Assembly: GCA_963697275.1 (NCBI GenBank)
Contig: CAVONF010000006.1
Location: forward strand, 20,802 to 84,801
Source: an uncultured Chloroflexia bacterium
Lineage (GTDB): Bacteria; Chloroflexota; Limnocylindria; Limnocylindrales; CSP1-4
Direction: 5' to 3'
DNA length: 64,000 nt
Part shown: positions 51,334-61,222 of the stretch, piece by piece
Layout of the letters: each line of letters begins with the position of its first letter
How positions within the stretch are numbered: position 1 is the first letter of the stretch
Translations under genes and position numbers: made by a program
The notes under the pieces: model-generated
Told to the model about the DNA's origin: nothing
The model's input: the letters and a program-made list of their open reading frames with translations, nothing else
Databases searched by the model: none

Positions 51334-54300
51334 ATGCACTCACCCGGTAACCGCCGTGCACGCGGTCATCTCACGTTGATCGCTGTGCTTCAGGCCTTCC
51401 TGCTGATGTCATCGCTGGTGCTGACGCCCGCGCTGGTCATCGCCCAGGAGGAAGGTTCAGGGGCGGAGTCTGCCCAGCAGCCTGCGCCGGCACTCTCGCT
51501 CTTCATCCATCCCAACCCGTTGAAGCTCACCGTCGGTGAGGCCAAGCCAGTCACCGCCTGGACCTGCGACCCGGCCGTGGTCACCTCGCCTCTCAAGGCC
51601 GACCAGGATCCGAACAGCCTGGGCTGCCTCGCCGTCCCGGTCGAGTGGAGCCTTAATGAGGCAGGCGCGAGCAGCGCGGAACTCGCCATCGAGGAAGACG
51701 AGACCGGCAAGCGCACCCGCGTCATCGCCAAGGGTGTCATCGGCCCTGAGGCCGATGCCAAGATCATCGCCAAGGCGGAGGGCTTCGAGCCCACCCGGGC
51801 CGACCTGATCATCCAGCCCGATCCTGCCGCCGAGCAGGCCGCCGCCGAGGAAGCGGCTGCCGCCAAGGCCGCCGAGGAAGCGAGGCTGCCGCCAAGGCCG
51901 CCGAAGAGGCCGAGGCTGCCGCCAAGGCCGAGCGCCAGGCCAAGAAGGCCGCCGAGGAAGCGGCTGCCGCCAAGGCCGCCGAAGAGGCCGAGGCTGCCGC
52001 CAAGGCCGAGCGCCAGGCCAAGAAGGCCGCCGAGGAAGCGGCTGCCGCCAAGGCCGCCGAAGAGGCCGAGGCTGCCGCCAAGGCCGAGCGCCAGGCCAAG
52101 AAGGCCGCCGAGGAAGCGGCTGCCGCCAAGGCCGCCGAAGAGGCCGAGGCTGCCGCCAAGGCGGAGCGCCAGGCCAAGAAGGCCGCCGAGGAAGCGGCTG
52201 CCGCCAAGGCCGCCGAAGAGGCCGAGGCTGCCGCCAAGGCCGAGCGCCAGGCCAAGAAGGCCGCCGAGGAAGCGGCTGCCGCAGAGGCTGCCGCCAAGGT
52301 TGCCGCCGAGGCCAAGAAGGCCGAGGAAGAGGCCGCCGCTGCCGCCGAGGCCAAGAAGGCCGAGGAAGAGGCCGCCGCTGCCGCCGAGGCCAAGAAGGCC
52401 GAGGAAGAGGCCGCCGCTGCCGCCGAGGCCAAGAAGGCCGAGGAAGAGGCCGCCGCTGCCGCCGAGGCCAAGAAGGCCGAGGAAGAGGCCGCCGCTGCCG
52501 CCGAGGCCAAGAAGGCCGAGGAAGAGGCCGCCGCTGCCGCCGAGGCCAAGAAGGCCGAGGAAGAGGCCGCCGCTGCCGCCGAGGCCAAGAAGGCCGAGGA
52601 AGAGGCCGCCGCTGCCGCCGAGGCCAAGAAGGCCGAGGAAGAGGCCGCCGCTGCCGCCGAGGCCAAGAAGGCCGAGCCCGTCGTCGAGGAGCAGGAGCCC
52701 GTCGTCGAGGAGCAGGAGCCCGTCGTCGAGGAGCAGGAGCCCGTCGTCGAGGAGCAGGAGCCCGTCGTCGAGGAGCAGGAGCCCGTCGTCGAGGAGCAGG
52801 AGCCCGTCGTCGAGGAGCAGGAGCCCGTCGTCGAGGAGCAGGAGCCCGTCGTCGAGGAGCAGGAGCCCGTCGTCGAGGAGCAGGAGCCCGTCGTCGAGGA
52901 GCAGGAGCCCGTCGTCGAGGAGCAGGAGCCCGTCGTCGAGGAGCAGGAGCCCGTCGTCGAGGAGCAGGAGCCCGTCGTCGAGGAGCAGGAGCCCGTCGTC
53001 GAGGAGCAGGAGCCCGTCGTCGAGGAGCAGGAGCCCGTCGTCGAGGAGCAGGAGCCCGTCGTCGAGGAGCAGGAGCCCGTCGTCGAGGAGCAGGAGCCCG
53101 TCGTCGAGGAGTTCCTTGCCCCCGAGGCACTACCTGAGGCACTCATTGTCGATCAACCCATTGCCGACGCTGATGGCGATGGCGTGGCCGACGAGGCCGA
53201 CAACTGTCCCGCCATCGCCAACCCCGATCAGGCCGACGCGGACGCCGACGGCATCGGCGATGCCTGTGCCCCCGTGGTCCAGCAGGCCGTGGCGCCACTC
53301 GCTGAGGAGCCCGTCATCGAGCCAGCCGCAACCGGGACGCTCCGCATCCGCAAGGGCGGAGACCGTGGCGCGGGTAACGCCATCCAACCGCTGGCTGGCG
53401 CCTACTTCAACGTCTACCGGGACGACGGCGACGGCAACTTCGAGCCCGGTACCGGTGATTCGCTAGAGGGAAACTACGGGCCGACGAACGCGTCCGGATA
53501 TGTGGACGTCGTGCTGACCATCGCCTCCGGCGATGACGACTTCTGGGTCCAGGAGGCCTCAATCTCTACTGCGGGCTGGAACGTCATCACCCAGGTGGCG
53601 GTGGGCAACAATAATGCGGCCGGTACGACCGTGCCCTACGCGGAGCGTTACGACCTCAACAGTGGGCAGACGACCCAGACGAGGCAATTCGTCAATCGCC
53701 GCGACAACAACAGTTTCCCGGATGTGTGCGGCCTCAAGGTCGCGCTGGTATTCGACCGCTCAGGCTCGATCGACGATGATACTGAGTACGTGCAGATGAA
53801 GGCCGCCGGCAAGCTCTTCGTAGATGCCCTGACTGGCACACCGTCCCAGATCGGCATCTACAGCTTCTCCGAAAGCGCCACCCAGAACCTCGCGTTCACG
53901 AGCGTCGCCAGCGCAGGCCCGGGAACCGGCCAGGATGCCCAAGACGTGAAGAACGCCATCGACGCCCTGCCGCCGACTTCCGGAGGCACCAACTGGGATG
54001 CTGCATTCCGTGCAGTCCAAGGCGATGGCGCCGACGTCATCATCCTGCTGACGGACGGAAACCCGACGGTCAATAGCGTCCCGGCAACGGGAACCGCGAC
54101 CACCGTTGACGTCGTCGACATCGAGAACGGTGTGGCCTCGGCCAACCTGGCGAAGCTCGCGAGTGCGCAGCCGAAGGTCATCGCGGTAGGGATCGGCACC
54201 GCTCTCTCTCCGCTGAACCTTCAGCTCGTGTCGGGTCCCAACGTCAACGACGACTACTACGTCTCCGGCTTCGAGACTCTCGGAAGCACCTTGTTCGAGA

Positions 54301-57300
54301 TTGCCACCAAGCTTTGCGGTGGCACGGTCACGGTATTGAAGGAGGTCCCTGATGGCCAGGGCGGCTGGCAGCCGGCTGAGAACTGGACATTCTCTGCCGC
54401 GTCGAGTGGCCCCGCGCCCACGCCGCAGAGCGGTCAGACCAACGTCAATGGTGTCGTCAACTTCGACTTCAACAACCTGAACGACGTGACGGCCACGATC
54501 ACGGAGACCGTCAAGAGCGGTTTCCAGCTCGTGCAGCAGAGCGGCAAGAACGCCGTCTGCAAGATTGGCGACACTCCCGTCTCGGTGAGCAACACCGCGA
54601 ACGGCGTCTCCTTCACACTCGGCGAGACCGACATCGCGACATGCACGTTCCGGAACCAGCCGGCCACCGGCAAGCTCGAGGTCGTCAAGGACCTCATCCC
54701 TGACAGCGATCCGGGCAAGTTCAACCTCCAGATCGACGGTGCCACCGCCGGCACCGGGGCCAACGTCGGTGACGGCGGCACGACCGGCGAGCAGACCCTC
54801 AACACCGGTACCCACACCGTCGGTGAGACGGCCGGCACCGGCACGGACCTGGCGAACTACACCAAGTCCATCGAGTGCAAGGACGCCAACGGCACGGGTT
54901 CCGTCGTCGCCGGCCCGTCGCAGGGTGCCGGCCCGCTGAACGTCACCGTCACCAGCGGCTCCGACATCGTCTGCATCATCACCAACACCCGCCAGACCGG
55001 CAAGCTCGAGGTCGTCAAGGACCTCATCCCTGACAGCGATCCGGGCCACTTCAACCTCCAGATCGACGGTGCCACCGCCGGCACCGGGGCCAACGTCGGT
55101 GACGGCGGCACGACCGGCGAGCAGACCCTCAACACCGGTACCCACACCGTCGGTGAGACGGCCGGCACCGGCACGGACCTGGCGAACTACACCAAGTCCA
55201 TCGAGTGCAAGGACGCCAACGGCACGGGTTCCGTCGTCGCCGGCCCGTCGCAGGGTGCCGGCCCGCTGAACGTCACCGTCACCAGCGGCTCCGACATCGT
55301 CTGCGTCATCACCAACACCCGCCAGACCGGCAAGCTCGAGGTCGTCAAGGACCTCATCCCTGACAGCGATCCGGGCAAGTTCAACCTCCAGATCGACGGT
55401 GCCACCGCCGGCACCGGGGCCAACGTCGGTGACGGCGGCACGACCGGCGAGCAGACCCTCAACACCGGTACCCACACCGTCGGTGAGACGGCCGGCACCG
55501 GCACGGACCTGGCGAACTACACCAAGTCCATCGAGTGCAAGGACGCCAACGGCACGGGTTCCGTCGTCGCCGGCCCGTCGCAGGGTGCCGGCCCGCTGAA
55601 CGTCACCGTCACCAGCGGCTCCGACATCGTCTGCGTCATCACCAACACCCGCCAGACCGGCAAGCTCGAGGTCGTCAAGGACCTCATCCCCGACAGCGAT
55701 CCGGGCAAGTTCAACCTCCAGATCGACGGTGCCACCGCCGGCACCGGGGCCAACGTCGGTGACGGCGGCACGACCGGCGAGCAGACCCTCAACACCGGTA
55801 CCCACACCGTCGGTGAGACGGCCGGCACCGGCACGGACCTGGGCGACTACACCAAGTCCATCGAGTGCAAGGACGCCAACGGCACGGGTTCCGTCGTCGC
55901 CGGCCCGTCGCAGGGTGCCGGCCCGCTGAACGTCACCGTCACCAGCGGCTCCGACATCGTCTGCGTCATCACCAACACCCGCCAGACCGGCAAGCTCGAG
56001 GTCGTCAAGGACCTCATCCCTGACAGCGATCCGGGCAAGTTCAACCTCCAGATCGACGGTGCCACCGCCGGCACCGGGGCCAACGTCGGTGACGGCGGCA
56101 CGACCGGCGAGCAGACCCTCAACACCGGTACCCACACCGTCGGTGAGACGGCCGGCACCGGCACGGACCTGGCGAACTACACCAAGTCCATCGAGTGCAA
56201 GGACGCCAACGGCACGGGTTCCGTCGTCGCCGGCCCGTCGCAGGGTGCCGGCCCGCTGAACGTCACCGTCACCAGCGGCTCCGACATCGTCTGCGTCATC
56301 ACCAACAAGCTGATCGAGCTGACCATCGACAAGACGGTCAAGGCCGGCTTCCCGACCTACAACTCGGGCACCGGCGAGTGGACCATCAAGTACGACATCG
56401 AGGTCGAGAACACCGGTGCCGCCGGGACCACCTACGACCTCTCCGACGTCCCGACCTTCGGGGCCGGCGTGACCATCGTCAGCGGCGGCATCAAGGTCGA
56501 GAGCGCCCAGCTCGGCGCACCCATCGATCCCTACACCCCGGGCAACCTCATCGTCGACGACGAGTCGATCGCTGCGGGTGTCACCCATACCTACACGGTG
56601 ACCGTCAGGTTCACCATCGCCGGCTCGGCCACCTCCGTCGCGCTCGACTGCGAGCTCGGCACGGGCGAGAACGGCACGGGCACCCTGAACACGGCCACCG
56701 TGATCTACAACGGCAAGACCATCCAGGACAAGGCCTGCGAGCCGCTGCCGAACCTGACCATCGACAAGACGGTCAAGGCCGGCTTCCCGACCTACAACTC
56801 GGGCACCGGCGAGTGGACCATCAAGTACGACATCGAGGTCGAGAACACCGGTGCCGCCGGGACCACCTACGACCTCTCCGACGTCCCGACCTTCGGGGCC
56901 GGCGTGACCATCGTCAGCGGCGGCATCAAGGTCGAGAGCGCCCAGCTCGGCGCACCCATCGATTCCTACACCCCGGGCAACCTCATCGTCGACGACGAGT
57001 CGATCGCTGCGGGTGTCACCCATACCTACACGGTGACCGTCAGGTTCACCATCGCCGGCTCGGCCACCTCCGTCGCGCTCGACTGCGAGCTCGGCACGGG
57101 CGAGAACGGCACGGGCACCCTGAACACGGCCACCGCCACCTGGGAGGGCGGCACGCTCGAGGACAAGGCCTGCGAGCCGCTGCCGAACCTGACCATCGAC
57201 AAGACGGTCAAGGCCGGCTTCCCGACCTAACTCGGGCACCGGCGAGTGGACCATCAAGTACGACATCGAGGTCGAGAACACCGGTGCCGCCGGGACCACC

Positions 57301-59949
57301 TACGACCTCTCCGACGTCCCGACCTTCGGGGCCGGCGTGACCATCGTCAGCGGCGCCATCAAGGTCGAGAGCGCCGTCGCTCGGCGCACCCTCGATTCCT
57401 ACACCGCCGGGCAGCCTCATCGTCGACGACGAGTCGATCGCTGCGGGTGTCACCCACACCTTCACGGTGACCGTCAGGTTCACCATCGCCGGCTCGGCCA
57501 CCTCGGTCGCGCTCGACTGCGAGCTCGGCACGGGCGAGAACGGCACGGGCACCCTGAACACGGCCACCGCCACCTGGGAGGGCGGCACGCTCGAGGACGA
57601 GGCCTGCGAGCCGCTGCCGAACCTGACCATCGACAAGACGGTCACGAGCGGCCCCGACCTTCGCGGCACCGGCGACTGGAGCATCAGTACGACGTCGAGG
57701 TCGAGAACACCGGTGCTATCGGGACCCACCTACGACCTGACCGACATCCCGACCTTCGGGGCGGGCGTGACGATCGCCAACATCGCCGTCTCGGTCCGAG
57801 GCGCCGTCAGCTCGGCGCAACCCTCGATCCCTACACCGCCGGGCAACCTCATCGTCGACGACGAGTCCATCGCTGCGGGTGTCACCCACACCTTCACGGT
57901 GACCGTCAAGTTCACCATCGCCGGCTCGGCCACCTCGGTCGCGCTCGACTGCGAGCTCGGCACGGGCGAGAACGGCACGGGCACCCTGAACACGGCCACC
58001 GCCACCTGGGAGGGCGGCACGCTCGAGGACGAGGCCTGCGAGCCGCTGCCCAACCTGACCATCGACAAGACGGTCAAGGCCGGCCCCGACCTACAACTCG
58101 GGCACCGGCGAGTGGACCATCGAGTACGACGTCGAGGTCGAGAACACCGGTGCCGCCGGGACCCACCTACGACCTGACCGACATCCCGACCTTCGGGGCC
58201 GGCGTGACGATCGTCAGCGTCGCCGTCTCGGTCGAGAGCGCCCAGCTCGGTCGCACCCATCGATCCCTACACCGCCGGGCAGCCTCATCGTCGACGACGA
58301 GTCCATCGCTGCGGGTGTCACCCACACCTTCACGGTGACCGTCAAGTTCACCATCGCCGGCTCGGCCACCTCGGTCGCGCTCGACTGCGAGCTCGGCACG
58401 GGCGAGAACGGCACGGGCACCCTGAACACGGCCACCGCCACCTGGGAGGGCGGCACGCTCGAGGACGAGGCCTGCGAGCCGCTGCCCAACCTGACCATCG
58501 ACAAGACGGTCACCAGGGCCCCGGCCTTCGCGGCCGGCGTCTGGACCGTGACCTACAAGGTCGACGTCAAGAACACCGGCGCTATCGCCACCACCTATGA
58601 CCTGATCGATACCCCGACCTTCGGGACGCGGCGTGACGGTGACGAAGATGTCCGTCGGGCAGCCCTCCGGTGGCAACGAGCCGCACCATTCGCGGGCTGC
58701 AGCTCGTCGACGGGCCAGTCCATCGCTGCGGGTGTCACCGACACCTACAGCGGTGACCGTCGAGTTCACCATCGCTGGCTCGGCCACCTCGGCGGCGCTC
58801 GACTGCCAGCTCGTCAGCAGCGAGTCCGGCACCGGCACGCTGAACACGGCCACCGCTACCTGGAAGGGCGGCAGCATCAAGGACATCGCCTGCGAGCCGC
58901 TGCCCAACCTGACCATCGACAAGACGGTCACCAGCGCCCCGACCTTCGCGGCCGGCGTCTGGACCGTCGTCTACAAGGTCGACGTCAAGAACGTCGGTCC
59001 CATCGAGACCACCTATGACCTGACCGACAGCCCGACCTTCGGGCCTAGCGTGACGGTCACCAACATCGCCGTCGTGGCGGCCACGCCGTCGGTGAGCAAG
59101 AACCCCTACACGGCGGGCTCGCCCATCGTCACGAACCAGGCCATCGGCGTCGGTGTCACCCACACCTATGCGGTGACGGTCATCTTCAGTGTGGCCGGCG
59201 AGGCGACCTCGGCCGATCTCGACTGCCAGCTCGTCACGGGCGAGTCCGGCACCGGCACCCTGAACACGGCCACCGTCACCTGGAACGGCGACACCATCAA
59301 GGACGACGCCTGTGCCCCGGTGCCCGAAGGCTGACCATCGAGAAGACGGTCACCAAGGCCTCGGCCTCGCGGAAGGCACCCTCGGAAGCGTCAGCCTACG
59401 AGGTCGACGTCACCAACGTCGGCCCCGTCACGACGACCTACGACCTGACCGACATGCCGACCTTCGGGGCGAACGTGACGGTCACCAACATCGCCGTCTC
59501 GGGCCGCTGCGCACCATCGATCCCTACACGGCGGGCCAGCCGATCGTCACCAACAAGTCGATCGACTCCGAGCGTCACGCACACCTACACGGTGACCGTC
59601 GACGTTCACCGTGGACAGCACCACGGCCAGCTGCCGACCGAGACTGCCAGCTCGTCAACGGCGAGACCGGCACCGGCACCCTGAACACGGCCACCGCCAT
59701 CTACAGCGGCGGCACCATCCAGGACGACGCTTGCGCCCCGGTGCCGACCGGTGGCGGTCAGGCTGGTGGCGTCGGCAAGGAGCAGCGTCCCACGGACATG
59801 CTGGCCCCGACCGACTCGGTCGCGGCCACGGCGGCGAAGGCAGCCCCCTCGACGGTCCAGTGAGCTGGGCCCTCTGGGTCCTGCTCACGGCAGCGCTCAT
59901 CGTGAGCGGTGCCTGGGTCGTCCGCCGCGCCCGCTACGCGGAGATCTAG
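51334..59949 (+). CDS. giant repetitive cell-surface protein (adhesin-like), many frame breaks
   Basis: Domain order from the N-terminus:
- Signal: HLTLIAVLQAFLLMSSLVLTPALVIAQEE.
- Ig-like domain: LFIHPNPLKLTVGEAKPVTAWTCD.
- Three perfect low-complexity arrays.
- Thrombospondin type-3 motif: DADGDGVADEADNCPAIANPDQADADADGIGDAC.
- Prealbumin-like domain.
- VWA domain with MIDAS: VALVFDRSGSIDDD...LLTDGNPT.
- Five 110-aa repeats.
- Eight repeats of about 143 aa, DUF11-like.
- C-terminal TM plus basic tail: WALWVLLTAALIVSGAWVVRRARYAEI.

Frame breaks include about 51883 and a 2-nt loss at 57228 that creates a TAA. Confidence 0.8.
51841..52319 (+). repeat. 78-nt tandem repeat (about 5.5 copies) encoding AAEEAAAAKAAEEAEAAAKAERQAKK
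   Basis: Unit starts at 51948, 52026, 52104, 52182 and 52260. The first irregular unit begins at 51841 and carries the 1-nt loss that shifts the ORF. Confidence 0.9.
52320..52670 (+). repeat. 39-nt tandem repeat, 9 copies, encoding AEEEAAAAAEAKK
   Basis: The unit GCCGAGGAAGAGGCCGCCGCTGCCGCCGAGGCCAAGAAG is repeated head to tail with no visible substitutions. Confidence 0.9.
52674..53114 (+). repeat. 21-nt tandem repeat, 20 perfect copies plus one variant, encoding EPVVEEQ
   Basis: The unit GAGCCCGTCGTCGAGGAGCAG is repeated without substitutions. The last unit ends in GAGTTC. Confidence 0.92.
54666..56315 (+). repeat. 330-bp tandem repeat, 5 near-identical copies (110-aa prealbumin-like modules)
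   Basis: Unit starts at 54666, 54996, 55326, 55656 and 55986. Each encodes TGKLEVVKDLIPDSDPGKFNLQIDGATAGTGANVGDGGTTGEQTLNTGTHTVGETAGTGTDLANYTKSIECKDANGTGSVVAGPSQGAGPLNVTVTSGSDIVCVITNTRQ. Only a handful of substitutions are visible (K/H, I/V, AN/GD). Confidence 0.92.
56319..59750 (+). repeat. tandem repeat of about 420-436 bp, 8 copies with increasing divergence (DUF11-like modules)
   Basis: - Units start with CTGACCATCGA(C/G)AAGACGGTC at 56319, 56754, 57189, 57623, 58055, 58491, 58909 and 59331.
- Units 1-2 are nearly identical.
- From the start of unit 3 (2-nt loss at 57228) onward the units contain many small indels. Confidence 0.88.
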
Positions 59950-59970
59950 CCTCCATCCATCGCAGCCTCT

Positions 59971-60004
59971 CGACGGCCGGGCCCCACCAGGGGCCCGGCC
60001 GTCG
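59971..60004 (+). terminator. strong terminator-type hairpin after the surface-protein gene
   Basis: CGACGGCCGGGCCCC-acca-GGGGCCCGGCCGTCG is a perfect 15-bp stem 22 nt after the stop. No T-tract follows. Confidence 0.6.
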
Positions 60005-60450
60005 CTCTGTGTCCGGGTCGGCACGGCCACGACCGGGCGCATGCCCCGCGACACCGGGAGTCGCCCGACTGCGTGCCACTGACGTATCCGATCGACCAAC
60101 CGACGCAGGCATGCTCCGCCACGCTGGGGATCGCCCGACTGCAGTGCCACTGACGTATCCGACCGAAGGGCCGGTCACCTGCCCGAAACTGGCACTGGGA
60201 GTCACAGGGACGGCGCATCTCGTCGCTGACTGACACTGCCACTGCAGTGGATTGCCGCCCTGCGTAAGAACCCGTCAGCTATGACACTGCCACTGCAGCG
60301 CGCCCCCAACTGCAGCGCGCCCACACTACGGCGGCCCGCCACTGCAGCGCGCCCCGTCCCGCCCCATGCAGCTGGGCTGCGGACCTTCGTACCCCATGTC
60401 AACGCCGGTCCAAACCTGAACAGGTATCGCCGGCCGAAACCTGGACACTT

Positions 60451-61222
60451 CTAGCGCTGCGTCGAGCCGGTCAGCACCTCCTCTCCCTTGCCCCGCAGGC
60501 GGTAGCTGTCGCCCTTGAGCACGATGACCTCGGCGTGGTGGACGAGGCGGTCGACCATGGCCGCCACGGCCACCGGGTCGCCGAAGATCTCGGCCCAGGC
60601 ACTGAACGTCTTGTTGGATGACACGATCATCGAGCGCCGCTCGTAGCGGGAGCTGATGAGGGCGAAGAAGCAGGGCGGCGGCTTCGGGGTCGAAGGGGAT
60701 GTAGCCGACCTCGTCGACGACGAGCAGTGGGACCCGTCCGAGACGCTCGAGCTCCTCGTCGAGCCGGCCCGCCCGCTTGGCCTCGCCGAGACGGTTGACC
60801 CACTCGTGGGCGGTGGCGAAGGCCACCCGATGGCCCCGTCGGGCGGCCTGGACCGCCAACGCGATACTCAGGTGCGTCTTGCCGGTGCCGGGTGGTCCGA
60901 GGAAGACGACGTTGGTGGCCTCGGCGAGGAAGTCGAGCTGGGCGAGGTGGGCGATGGTGGCCCGCTTGACGCTGGGCTGGGCCTTGAAGTCGAAGTCGTC
61001 GATGGTCTTGACCGCCGGGAAGCGGGCGGCCTTGACGCGGGCCTCGCCACCGTGACCGTCGCGGGCGCTGACCTCTTCGGCCAGGACCGCGGCGAGGTAC
61101 GTCTCGTGGTCCCAGCCCTCGGTGCGGGCGGTCTCGGCGAGGCGTCCGGCGACGGCGCGGATGCGCGGGGCCTTGAGCGCCCGGGATAGATAGGCCAGCT
61201 CCGAGGCGGTGCTCGCGCTCAT
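60451..61222 (-). CDS. istB: IS21 helper ATPase IstB, one frame break near 60670
   Basis: Walker A FLGPPGTGKTHLSIALA and Walker B LLVVDEVGY. After the break the frame that ends at TAG 60451 reads FFALISSRYERRSMIVSSNKTFSAWAEIFGDPVAVAAMVDRLVHHAEVIVLKGDSYRL. Confidence 0.88.

Noticed and set aside
52320-53114. Perfect short direct repeats that might suggest a CRISPR array.
   Set aside because: The units are contiguous, with no spacers. Their lengths are multiples of 3 and in frame within a coding sequence, and no cas genes are nearby.
51884-53466. Striking Pro/Arg-rich (RLPPRPPKRP...) and Ser/Arg-rich (SPSSRSRS...) repeat protein predicted by ORF 51334..53466, and its antisense counterparts.
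   Set aside because: This is a wrong-frame translation caused by a 1-nt loss at about 51883. The neighbouring frame gives Ala/Glu/Lys and EPVVEEQ repeats and runs without a stop into the downstream domain-rich ORF (53184..57230).
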